This document shows positions 43,180 to 56,227 of a DNA stretch of 64,000 bases, piece after piece. The first letter of the stretch is position 1; each line of letters opens with the position of its first letter. The stretch is from the human T2T-CHM13v2.0 reference genome, Homo sapiens, in the NCBI RefSeq assembly GCF_009914755.1, contig NC_060932.1; one strand, written 5' to 3'. Made by a program: the position numbers and the translations under genes. Below the pieces are notes generated by a model. It saw nothing but the letters and a program-made list of their open reading frames with translations, was not told the DNA's origin and did not search any database.

Positions 43180-44138
43180 AGGCCCCCATTCCTTATACCT
43201 GTAAGCAGACATGACAGCTGAAATTCACACTGCTATCTTGGACTATGTGGCAGAAGCCACATACTGAGGGTGCAGAGCCACAAGATAGAAGGACTCTGGA
43301 TCCCTGAGAACTTAATAAAGCTACCCTACAGGCACAGACCACCTATTTCCATCATTTTGGATAAAAAAGAAATAAACTTTCAACTTATGTAAGCCACAGT
43401 TTTCTTAGATGTTGCCATTCACAGATGAACCTAACCCTATTTCTTATAATGAATAACACATTATTGGTTCTTTGGATTAACTTAATTAATTCACTGTTGC
43501 AGCAGATATTATCATCAACCAGGAGTCAAGTACTTTGCCAGCTGCTGGGGTACAGTAGTGAACAACATAGGTGTTAATAAAGTTCAAGGTCCAGGATTCA
43601 AAACAGACAAAATACAATAATTACAAGCAAGAGGGTTAAAGACAAAGTATTGGGTATTTAATTAGATCGCTTAATTCTATATCTAACTGAGAGTGGTGTC
43701 CTAAAGAAAAAGAAATATTGCTAGAGAGTGATGAACGGTTCTTCTCTAGAGGACAGACCCTCGGAAGGCCATGTCCAGGAGTCCTGAGCACCCTGGGACC
43801 AGAGATTTAAGGGTGAGACACTGCGAACATGAAAAGGTGGGAGGAAATTAAAATCACTAGAGTCTCTCTCCGTGAGAGAATTGAAAGGAATTATTTGATA
43901 AACTTCTTAGGATGGGAACCAGGGTTGAAATCCCCAAGGGAAACACTTAGAAACACAAACTGCTATCTAAGGATGATGGCTCTAATTAATGGCAAGATTG
44001 TTATTTTGCTGAACAGGTGTTCATATTTGAGGCAAGAATGGAACTGTGCTGGACAGTAGAGGAGGTTCATGGGGCCCCTGATGGCTCTTCTCTACTTCGC
44101 CATGAAGCACAGTCAGACTCTGTTAAATAAATACTGAC

Positions 44139-44139
44139 T

Positions 44140-44171
<32 letters not shown>

Positions 44172-44196
44172 ACACCAAACACAAACACACACACAC
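44139..44196. repeat. Interrupted (CA)n microsatellite
   Basis: Direct reading. Confidence 0.95.
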
Positions 44197-45331
44197 GGTT
44201 TAAAGTACCCTAACTTATTGGTCTGGCCTGGTTGTGAACATGCTTTGTTTTGATTTGTCTGGAGTAGAGGAACAACAAAAGAGAAAAAGCATGAAAAAGA
44301 GAACGAAAGGGCTCCTAACGTCAAGGACTTAGAGTACCCACATTATTGCATAATACAGTTACCTTTTGTTGAATTTTTAAAGAGCAATAAAAAATCTCCC
44401 CGATCAGTAAATGTATGAATGACTAACTAGTGGGAAGATCCTCATTGCAGAGACACAAATGGTAATGAAGGAAAATGTGTTGTAAATTTCAGAAATTTAT
44501 TCCATTAATAGAAAAGAAAATTTAAAAAGCTTTTAACAAAGTATAAATTGCAATTAGTTTGTGTATACAGAAGGGTACACAAAACATATGCCTAGCAACT
44601 GATGCTGTTTTGCAATTACTTGACATAAGAAATTAAGTTCTCTTAGCTACCTGACCTTGCACAAGTGACTTAACCTCCGCAGGCCTCCTGCTCACCAGTT
44701 AAATAAAGGGTTTGAATTGCATGATTTCTGGGTCAACACTGACTGAAAAATCCATGGAGCTATGTTTGTTTCATTAGGTGAAGGTCAATTTTAAATTCAC
44801 TGCCATATTCCTTTTTTCTCTTTGATGTTGTCCAGGCTCTTTCCTAGGTGGATCCAGGCTCTTTCCTATGTGGATCATATCAGCAATAACAGGAACTTTT
44901 TGTCCTCCAGATAAACAATCTTTCTTCTTTCATACATTCAAGAATCTCCTGCAATCCTGTCCCAGGCCTCCAATCTGGAGTTGCTTCTGCCCTGGAGCCT
45001 CTGTCATAGACTCCCATACTCAGAAACCTGGGGTCATGCTTAACTTCCTCCCTTTCCTGGTCACCCAGCCAATAAGAAAACTTTGTAGACATTTTCAAAA
45101 CAGCTTTCTGTATCAGTGGTCACCACTAAGTACAAAACATAATTATTCTCAAAGAAAAATTATAAACAATTTTGGGGAAAATTTTAGTTGCATTGCAAGG
45201 GGGCCAGACCTTCAAAAGAAGTGGCTTCCTGAATAAAGCAAGCAAGCAATATCTACAGCTCAATTTGTATGTTAGTCTATAATTCTGTTTACATAACGAT
45301 TGTGTGAATTTTAATAAAATTTACATTGGGT

Positions 45332-45582
<251 letters not shown>

Positions 45583-45629
45583 TTACATCAGGTGCAAAAC
45601 TTCAAAGCACTGACACATGAGGCTCTTTT

Positions 45630-45837
45630 TTTGTTCTTCAAATTTTAGTTTAAGTTCATGGGTACATGTGCAGGACGTGCAGGTTTGTACACAGGTAAAT
45701 GTGTGCCATCGTGGTTTGCTGCACAGATCATGCCATCACCTACGTATTAAGTCCAGCATCCATTAGCTGTTCTTCCTGAAGCTCTCCCTTCCCCATCCCC
45801 ATCCTCCGCCAGGCCACAGTGTGTGTTTTTCCCCCCA
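45630..45837 (-). mobile_element. Short L1PA (~PA8-10) 3' end
   Basis: GGTACATGTGCAGGACGTGCAGGTTTG...GGTTTGCTGCACAGATC. Confidence 0.88.
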
Positions 45838-46029
45838 AGATACATGGTACTCTTTATTACGAAAATGGTGGATACGGTTAGTCTAAGGGCAAGATGTCAG
45901 TGCTGCCTTCACAACCATCTTCCACTTGAGCAATTATAACAGTCTCCTGCCTTGGTTTCCCACGCTGGTCCCATCTCATTTGTTCTCCATTCCTCAGGCA
46001 GAATAAATTGTAGGAAATTGTGTATGATT

Positions 46030-46725
46030 AAGGAAAAGGAAAGCTTATACACTGTTGGTGAGAATGCAGATTAGAGCAGCCTCTATGCAAAACAGTAATG
46101 AGATTTCTCAAAGAACTAAAAATAGAACTACTATCAGTCCGGTAATTCTACTTCTGAGTTTCTACCCAAAAGGAAAGAAATCATTATACCGAAAAGATAT
46201 CTGCGCTAGTGTGTTTACTGTGGCACTATTCACAATAGCAAATATATGGAATCAACCTAAGTGTCCATCAATAGATGAGTGGATAAAAAAATGTGAGATA
46301 CATATATATATATATACACAGACACACACACACACATGGAATACTACTCAGCCATAAAAAAGAATAAAATCATGTCTTTTTTGGCAATGGACATAATGGA
46401 ACTTGTAGCAACATGGATGGAACTAGAGGCCATTATCTTAAGTGAACTACTTCAGACACAGACAGTCAAATGCCACATATTCTCACTTATAAGTGGAAGC
46501 TAAGTAATGTGCACACTTGAACATAGAGTGGAATGACAGACTTGGAGATTCAGAAGGGTAAAACGATGGGGGGGTAGAAATGAGAAATTACTTAATGGGT
46601 AAAATGTACACTATTTGGGTGATGGCTACACTAAAGGACTAGACTTTACCGCTACGTAATATAGCCATGTAACAAAACTGCACGTGTACCCCATAAACCT
46701 ATAATTAAAAAATAAAAATAAATAA
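46030..46725 (+). mobile_element. L1PB/L1MA 3' end inserted in an L2 remnant
   Basis: TACACTGTTGGTG...AACCTAAGTGTCCATC...CCATGTAACAAAACTGCAC plus A tail; degenerate TSD AAATTGTG(T/C)AT. Confidence 0.9.
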
Positions 46726-48553
46726 AATTGTGCATCAGATCATACCATGGCCTTAGACTTGTTCTACTTGGAACACTCTGTCTTCATACAATTTCCTGCT
46801 TTCTGTTTATTCTTCAGGTTGCAGCTTAGTCATTCCTTCCCAGGGAAGCTTTCCCTGCCTATTACTGCCTTACCTTCTCCTCCCCACCCCACATACACTT
46901 GATTAGATACCCTCACCTAAGCCTCCATGTCATCTTCTTAATAAGCCCTTTTGAAGTTCATCTTTGTTTACTTGATTTTGACTTGTTTACTTTTCTATCT
47001 TTCCCAGAATCCCAAGGAGGCAAGGACTGGGCCTATCTTATTCATCACTATATTCCCACTGACGATCATAGTGTCAGCCCATAGTGAGCACACAATAAAC
47101 ATTTTTGAGCGCCTGTATCTTAGACTCCCTTCTGGCAGGGGCCTCACCATTCTCTCCAGCAGAGATTCCCATGCCGAAAGGGGTGAACGGAGGATGATGC
47201 TCAAGAGCTGTCCCCACATTGGGAACAGCTGTCTTCCAACAGCTCCCCATTCATTCCACTCCAAGGGTGTCCAAGCGTCCTGTCTGTTATCCCACAAGGC
47301 AGAGGCAACGGGAATTCTTGGCTTCCTGGTGCAAGAGTAGCAATATTAAAATACTGACTGTTCTCGCCTTAACAAAGGCTTCCCTTCCTTTGCCACCCAC
47401 ACAGTAATTTTAATCATTTCCCCAGCTGCATTCTCTCTGTGACAGAATGTCTCCATCCTCTAGTGCTGGGTTCACCGCCCTCCCACAAAACAATCAGGGA
47501 CGGCTAAGCATGGTCACAAGAGCTTGGATTTCAGTGAAGTGTGCTCTCTTTTCACATGAGTGATCTTGCTGTTTCCTTTTTCCATTATTAATAGAGTCAT
47601 TTCTACTCAACAATATTTCAGAGATTTTATTTACCTAGTGTCTGAAGACAGACATCAGGCAGGGGACCTTCCCGTAGGACAATTATACATCCCTTGCCAA
47701 GAGCAGCTTGTGAATTCATGGCTCAACTACAGACCCTGGAGCTGGGTTGCATGAGCAGAATTAAGGGACAACAGGCTACAAAGTTCAAATTGTGTATTGC
47801 TAGAAATATGCAAACCATTCCTATGATCCGGGTGTCAACCACCAGATACAGGTTGGCTAAAAATCTATGTAGAAATTTGCCAGTGCATGCCCTATAAATA
47901 CGGAGGAATCAGTCACCCACACAGCACTGAAAGAATCCAGTTGAAAAATACCCACCTTCATGTTGTATTTATTCCTTGATACTCCTTTAAGCAGAATTTT
48001 GCCCCTTTGCGAGATATACTTGGCACTTACTTTTGCCAGTGGAATACGGAATTTTTAATGCTCCTCCCTCACCATCCCCTAGTGTTAATTTCAGGCAAGA
48101 TCTCGAATGCCCAATAGGGCCTGGTTCACCTGCTGGCTTCCAGCAGGCCCTCAGGGTCACTATGGACATAGTAGAGCTCCCACTCCTGTCTTCTTCTTTA
48201 CAATTTGTGTCTTTATAGGGCTTTATTAGGGACTGGCTTGCATGAAATTACTTGTGTATGTAACCGGACAAAGGACAGCTATCCCTTCTTGCTTATCTAT
48301 GTGTCCACAACCACAAAGCATGGCACATAGTAAGTGCTTCAAAAATGTCAATACGTTGAATTTGACGGAAATCTTTTGGTATTCAAAATTTCTTCTGTAC
48401 ATGGTTTTGTGTTTCTTCATTTTTTATGATTGACCTGTTACCCTGCCTTTCCCTGACAACACAGAGTCTACAGGGGGCACATTGTTATTGTTGAAAATGA
48501 GATTATCAGCATTTTAATAAAAATTATTAAAGTCATATTAACATCTAATTAAG

Positions 48554-48555
<2 letters not shown>

Positions 48556-48585
<30 letters not shown>

Positions 48586-48748
48586 CTGTGTGTGTGTGTT
48601 TTCTTTTTTGATAGGGACTTGCTCACTCTGTTACCCAGGCTAGAGTGCAGTGGCATGGTCATAACTCTCTGTAACCTGGGCTCAAGTGATCCTCCCACCT
48701 CAGCCTTTCAAATAGCTATGACCACAGGCACACATCATCATACCTGGT
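48556..48748 (-). mobile_element. AluJ/FLAM monomer with (TG)n-converted tail
   Basis: (TG)~21 followed by Alu arm; flanks TAATTAAG on both sides. Confidence 0.88.
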
Positions 48749-49396
48749 TATAATTAAGTGTTTCTTACTGGTAGAATGGGGGGGATGGAAAAGAAACATC
48801 TTCACGCAGAATGGTGCACCATAATTACTATCATTTACCATTTGGGGGCTCTCTGGAGCTTTATTTCCCAATAATGGGAAGGGCATCCTGAAAATTTTAG
48901 GGAGAATATGGTACTCTGAGACCTGGGAATGGTTACACTAGCTATCTGAAAGACCAAGAGGCATTCATTCAATGAAGTAAATAAAGCATTGCCTGCCACA
49001 CAGGATAAATAATTCATTTGTCCTCCCTGCCAGCCTAGAGGATATGAAAAATCTGGAATAAAAGACATTATGCAGGATAAGGCGTGGATATTTCAAAAAG
49101 ATCAACTCAAAACAAAAACAATGAAAGGTAATGGAATGTTGTAGATTAAAAGAGATTAAGAAGCTATGATTAAATGAAAGCATAAAGCAAAACCTAAATG
49201 GCTCTAAAGATATTTTAGTAACAATTAGGAAAATTTGAATAAGGACTACATTTTAGTTTCTATTATAGAATTACTGTTAATTTTGTGCAATGCAAATTGT
49301 AATTATTAGGTGAAATTGTGCCTCTATTCTTAATACCCAAAGTATTTAGAAGTGAGGTGTCCTGATGTTGGCAATTTATTCTTAAATAATATTTGA

Positions 49397-49686
49397 GGCC
49401 CGGCATGGTGGCTCATGCCTGTAATCCAAGCCCTTTGGGAGGCCAAGGCGGGCAGATCATCTGAGGTCAGGAGTTTGAGACCTACCTGGCCAACATGGTG
49501 AAACCCCATTCCTACTATACAAAAATTAGCCGGGCGTGGTGGTGGGCACCTGTAATCTCCTAGCTACTCAGGAGGCTGAGGCATGAGAATCGCTTGAACC
49601 AGGGAGTCGCAGCTTGCAGTGAGCCAAGACTGTGCCACTGCACTCCACCCTGGGGGACAGAGTGCGACTTTGTCTCAAAACAAAAA
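49397..49686 (+). mobile_element. AluS, full length, inside a degenerate L1M fragment (~49060-49850)
   Basis: Both arms; TSD approximately AATATTTG. Confidence 0.95.
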
Positions 49687-49909
49687 TATTTGGGAAAAAT
49701 GAAGAGACAGAGATGAAGTAAATGTGACAAAATGTTAGTAATTGGTGAATGTGAAGTGTATACAGGTATTCTTTTTACAGTTATTTAAATTTATAAATTA
49801 TACAAAGAATAAGTTTACTTATTAAATTTTTATTTTTTTTAATTAGCAAATTGTTTTTGGTGAAGGAGTGCAGGCAGAATTGCAGTGGAATGAGAAATAC
49901 AAGTTGAGT

Positions 49910-50373
49910 TGTAGCAGGACAAGCCACAGACAAAACCCTTCAGACACTGAGTTAAAGAAGGAAGCAGTTTATTCGGCCAGGAGCATGGGCAAGACTCCTG
50001 TCTCAAGAGCTGAGCTCCCCCAGTGAGCAATTGCTGTCCCTTTTAAGGGCTCACAACTCTAAGGGGGTCTGCTTGAGAGGGTTGTGATCGATTGAGCAAG
50101 CAGGGGGTACATGACTGGGGGCTGCATGCCCCGGTAATTAGATCAGAAGAAAACAGGACAGGGATTTTCACAGGGCTTTCCCCTATACAATGTCTGTAAT
50201 CTATGGATAATATAACCGATTAGGTCAGGGGTTGATATTTAACTACCAGGCCCAGGGTGTGGCGCCGGGCTGTCTGCTTGTGGATTTCATTTTTGCCTTT
50301 TAGTTTTTACTTCTTCTTTCTTTGGAGGCGGAAATTACGCATAAGACAACATGAGGAGTGGTCTCCTCCCTTA
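49910..50373 (-). mobile_element. LTR2 (HERV-E/Harlequin) full-length solo LTR
   Basis: Minus strand TAAGGGAGGAGACCAC...GTCCTGCTACA; 464 bp; exact TSD GAGT. Confidence 0.93.
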
Positions 50374-51219
50374 GAGTAATAGGATAGTGGGAAGATCTTT
50401 GGCTGCAAATTGTAAGGAGAGAGTGAATAAGGGCAAGAGACACAGAAGATACTGCAGCCATTTCAATATTGACGAGAATAAAGAAAGAGCAATTGAATAT
50501 ACAGGAGAGGAGGTAATTGATGGAGTTTTTAAATATTTATTAAATTTATCACTTTGCCTGCAGAAGAGAATAAAAATACAGAAGTAAAAATACAAATATA
50601 TTCTATAAAAAACATCAATCTGCCTGAGGAAGAATACATTGTTTTTTAATATGCAACCTTCTCTTAGGGTATTTTACTAAAGAAGAATAGCTGCTGAGAG
50701 ATAATATAGTCTCAAAGTCCACTTGAACTAGGGACAACTGACATTTACCATATTACCCAGGGTGGTGATTGAAAACATACCTCCAGTCACAAATATTTAT
50801 TTAGTAAAATTGAAATCAGAGCATTGGCTTAAGTGTGAAATACAGCAGAAAATAATGATAGGTAGAAAATAAAATTTGCTCTGTACAATTTACAGGAGTG
50901 TAGTTGGGAATATTTAAATATTTAGAGTTAGCAGCTTATTTCAAATGAATACATGAAGTTATATATTTAAATACATTTTCATTTAAAAGGATTAAATAGG
51001 TGTTATAAAGCCTTTTTGGGTCTGGCTTCTGATGATATTACTAGCAGTTATTTTTTCTTCAAGGACAAATTCAGTTGCTTAATCAGGATTTTTAGGTTGG
51101 AAACAGAAAACTATATTTTGCAAAGGTATAATGCAGTGACAATAAGTAAAGTAATAAAGCAGGAACCCTTAATACAGAGCTCCTATGTCCTAGACGTTGT
51201 GGTACCAGTCCCACACATT

Positions 51220-52808
51220 ATTTATTTATTTACTTTAATTGACAAATAAAATTGACGAATAAAACTGTACGTTTTTATCACTTACAACATGATTTGAAAT
51301 GCATACACATTTGTGAAAAGCAGTATTAACATATTATTACTTCACAAAGTCACTTTTCTGGTGAGAACATTTAAAATCTACTCTTTTAGCATTTTTCGAT
51401 AACACAATATATCGTTGCTAACTGTATCAGTCCGTTTTCACATTGATATAAAGAACTGCCTGAGACTGGGTAATTTGTAAAGAAAAGAGGCTTAATTGAC
51501 TCACAGTTCTGCATGGCTAGGGAGGCCTCAGGAAACTTACAAATGGCGGAAGGGTAAGGAGAAGCAAGTACCTTCTCAATAAGGTGGCGGGAGAGGAAGC
51601 ACACAGAGGAAACTGCCACTTTTAAACCATCAGATCTCATGCAAACTCACTCGCCATCATGAGAACAGCATGGGGAAACTGCCCCCATAATCCAATCACC
51701 TGCCACCAGTTCCCTCCCTTGACACCTGGGGATTACAATTTCACCAGATTTGGGTGGGGACACAGAGCCAAACCATATCACCAACTATAGTCACCAAGAT
51801 GTACAATGGATCTCTTGAATTTATTCCTCCTATCTATATGAAATTTTGGATCCTTTGACCAGCATCTTCTCAACTCCCAACCACCATTGCCCAATTCTCT
51901 GGCAACCACCATTCTACTCCCTACTTCCACCAGATCAAAATTTTTAGATTCTACAAGTGAGTGAGATGAAGCAGTATTTGTCTTTCTGTATATGGATGAT
52001 TTCACATAATATAATGTCCTCCAGGTTCATCCATGTTGTTGCAAGTCACAAAATTACTTTCCTTTTTATTGCAGAATAGTGTACCATTGCATATATATAC
52101 CACATTTTCTTTATCCATTCATCTGTTAATGGATACTTGTCATTTCTTATCGTGGCTATTGTGAATAATGCTGCAATAAATACGAGTGCAGTGCAAATGT
52201 ATCTTCAACATACAGATTTCATTTCCTTTGAATATATATGCAGTAGTAGGAACGCTAGATCATATGTTAATTCTAGTTTTAATTTTTTTGAAGAACTTTC
52301 ATGCTTTTTTCCACGAAGGGTATAATAATTTAAACTCCCACCAACAGTGTGCAAGGGTTACCTTTTCTCCACATCCTCACCAATACTTGTTATTTTTTGT
52401 CCTAGTTTTTTTCTTTTTTCTTTTTCTTTTTTTCTTTTTTTTGATATGGTGTCACTCTGTTGCCCAGGCTGGAGTGCAGTGGCATGATCATAGCTTACTG
52501 AAGCCTCAAATGCCTGGGCACAAGCAATCCTCCTGCCTCAGCTTCCTTTGTCTTTTTGATAACAGCCATTCTAACAGGTGCAATTTGCTATCTCATTGTG
52601 TTTTTGATTGTATTTCTCTAATGATTAGTGATGTTGAACATATTTTCATATACCTGTTGGCCTTTTGTATGTTTTAAGAAATATTTATTCAGGTCCTGTG
52701 CCCATCTTTAACTGGGTTGTTTTCTTTCTATTGAGTTGTTTAAGTTCCTTGTGTATTTTGAATATTAACCCCTTATCAGATGTGGATTTTGCAAAGATAT
52801 TCTCCCAA
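51220..52808 (-). mobile_element. L1MA 3' portion hosting a THE1 LTR and an Alu fragment (~52405-52544)
   Basis: GGTGAGAACATTTAAAATCTACTC...AACTATAGTCACC...CCCACCAACAGTGTGCAAGGG...CCTTATCAGATG. Confidence 0.9.
51423..51780 (-). mobile_element. THE1D-like solo LTR
   Basis: TGTATCAGTCCGTTTTCAC...GAGCCAAACCATATCA; TSD CTAAC/CCAAC. Confidence 0.92.
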
Positions 52809-53644
52809 GCCCCAAGAAGGAGAGTGTTGTAATTACTGGGAAAACATTAAGGAGGCTCTTGTTCACTATCTTGTTCTTTGTCTACTGATTATGATTTGAG
52901 AGAAGAGTTCCTTAGGCTGACTGTCAGCAAGAGCTATGTATCACCGATTTCATGGCAGTATATATTTTATGGACTCTAGGAATTCATGCCCTGGATTTTA
53001 ACATTTGCTGCCAGCAGACTCAGAGCTGAATGTGTGCTACACTTCTCCCAAACATACTGGAGTGCATTATGCATTGTATACTAACGTGACACCTGACTTT
53101 CTCTTACCTTCCCTAGTCTCATTTTTCCTATCATCCTCCTTTCTCTTCCACTTGTTTTTTATTTTATTTTGTGTGTATTTATATAAGCCAAATTAAAACA
53201 TTTCTGGAAGAAAATCACTTTATAAGTAAGTAAATAACTACAATATGATATGATCCCAGTTTTGTAATGGCATCGACAAAAAGGATAATTCATATATATA
53301 TATATATATATATTCATCAAATGTTGACAGTGTCTGTCCTGAATGGTGAGATCATAGGTAATTTTTATATTCTTCTTACATTTTTCTACATTTTCCATAA
53401 TGAGAAAGATATTACTTTTATAATTTTAACAGTGAGCTTACAACTAGTTTAGTAAGAAATTTAGACAGTTCTTTATGATGATATCTAAATAGGATTAACA
53501 AAGGCATTCTGTGTTCTGAGAAGACAAATCTTTAAAAAACTGAAACTACAATAATCGCATCTTAGGAAAACTGGAAGCAACCACACATTAGAAGAAAAAT
53601 TACAGTACGTGGAACCCTTCATGGGTATGTAATAATTTAAAAAG

Positions 53645-53870
53645 TGATTTATTTTTATTGGTGTAAATTTAAGGGGTACAGATGCAGTTTCGTTATATGG
53701 ATATATTGCTACATAGTGCTGAAGTCTGGGCTTTTAGTGTTACCATCATCTGAATAATGTACATTGGATATATTAGGTAATTTCTCATTCCTTATCCCCT
53801 TTCCGTCTCTCCTTCTGAATCTCTAATGTCTATTATTCCACACTCTATGTCTACATATACCTATTATTGA
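53645..53870 (-). mobile_element. L1PB-type 3' end fragment
   Basis: GGGGTACAGATGCAGTTT...GAAGTCTGGGCTTTTAGTGT...GTCTATTATTCCACACTCTATG. Confidence 0.82.
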
Positions 53871-53873
53871 TTA

Positions 53874-54239
<366 letters not shown>

Positions 54240-54928
54240 TCAGGAGGACTTCCACTGCCAAATGCTGTAATCTATCCCAGGTTGTTATGGCATTAATTGT
54301 GGTAATCATAACAAATTCTATAAATTTTGTACGCACAATGTGATATACAGATATACTGTGTTGCCTATGTGCTACAAAGAACATTTTTATTTCATTCTTT
54401 TTTCTTTCCTTGTTTCCTTACTGTCTGGACAGTTTCTCATACAGACACTTTGAAAATAGAGATACAAGACCAATGTCTTAGCTTAGATCAGTGCACAGAG
54501 CTGTCACTCTAATCTGCAACTAGACTCCTCCCAAGGGAGATGGAGAAAAGCTCAGTAAGAGCTAAAATGTCAAGCTATTATAAATCTCCCTCTTTGAAAT
54601 TAAATATTGTTCATTTGTTCATTCTAAATAGCTGGGGTTTGTCCCTGTAAAACTTTAGCAATGAAATGCATGTTTGTGTGTATATGCACATGTGTATATA
54701 TGTAGGCATGTATTTTAAACTTACATAAATGGATTTCATTCTATTTCATACTCTTTCACTTAACACAATAGTTTTAAACTCTAATCCATATGGCTTTGTG
54801 TACATCTAATCTGTTACTACTAACTCTATGGTATGCAAGCACCAATTTTCTCTACCTACTCTCCCTGATTGCCTCCAACTCTGCCACCACAAACATTGCT
54901 ATAAATGAACAGCTTCATGATCCCATAT

Positions 54929-55042
54929 GGACCTGGTGGGAATTTATTTGTAATGTATCTTGGAAGCATAATTGCTGTAATCTGTAATATATTATACATA
55001 ATCACTCCAAGATACATTACAAATAAATTCTCACCCAGGTCC
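54929..55042. repeat. Inverted repeat (36/37-bp arms, 25-bp perfect core, 41-nt spacer)
   Basis: GAATTTATTTGTAATGTATCTTGGA (54940-54964) is the exact reverse complement of TCCAAGATACATTACAAATAAATTC (55006-55030). Confidence 0.95.
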
Positions 55043-55045
55043 GTG

Positions 55046-55048
<3 letters not shown>

Positions 55049-55083
<35 letters not shown>
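55049..55083. repeat. (GT)~17 microsatellite
   Basis: Direct reading. Confidence 0.97.
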
Positions 55084-55084
<1 letters not shown>

Positions 55085-55529
55085 ATTTGCCGCCGTATTT
55101 CTAGCTCACTCTGCAGAATGGATGCCAAATCTACTTCCCACTTTCCCACATGTAGTGGATAAATGGGTGAGGGTGCCTATGCCCTTATCCAACTTTTTAA
55201 TATCTTGTCAGTCTTATGGGAGAAAAATAATACCTAATTGCTGTTTGAATCAACAATTCTATAATTACTAATGAATTAGAGTTCTCTTCATATACTTGCA
55301 ACCATTTCTGTAATTTGTCTACTTATATTCTTGCCTTTTTCTCCTAGGACTTCTGTCTTATTCTTGTTGATGGCAAGGAGTATCTTGCATATCACACAAA
55401 CCAGTTTTTCATTAATTTCAGACACTGTAGATAACATCTCCGCCATCTTCTCTCTGTCACCTTTGTCAACGAGTCCTTAATTAAACAGATATCTATATCT
55501 GATGTAGAGGATAAATAATGAGAAAGAAA

Positions 55530-55896
55530 GTGCAATTATAGAAGCTGAGAAGTCACATGATCTTCCATCTGTAAACTGGAGACTCGGGAAAGACTGTGGT
55601 GAATTCAATCAAGCCCAAAGGCATGAGAACTAGGGGAGGTGATGATATAAATCTCAGTCTAAGGGCAGGAGAAGATGAGATGAGATGTCCTAGCTCAAGT
55701 GGGAAGGCAGAAAACAAGGCGGGGAGGGGGAAATTCCTCCTTCCTCCACCTTTTGTTCTATTCAGGCCCTCAATGGATTGAATAGATTAAACATTATTTC
55801 CCATATGAGAACACCCTCACAGACACACTTAGAATTAATGTTTAATCTGGGCACCCAATGACCCAGTCAAGTTGACACATAAAATTAACCATCACG
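55530..55896 (-). mobile_element. MLT2 (ERVL) LTR
   Basis: Ends CCCAGTCAAGTTGACACATAAAATTAACCATCAC, the reverse complement of the MLT2 start. Confidence 0.88.
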
Positions 55897-55917
55897 GCCT
55901 CTAAAGAAGATACTTTA

Positions 55918-56227
<310 letters not shown>

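Larger units (their letters stand above)
42120..43440 (+). mobile_element. Old MLT1 (I/J-like) LTR hosting two younger MaLR LTRs
   Basis: CAGCTTCCCTGGTAGCTGAG...GGTCATATGACT and GCTATCTTGGAC...CAAGATAGAAGGA...AATAAAC...TAAGCCAC. Confidence 0.65.
54700..55430 (-). mobile_element. Ancient L1ME-type fragment
   Basis: Degenerate TTCACTTAACA...AAACATTGCTATAAATGAACA...AATTGCTG motifs. Confidence 0.55.
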
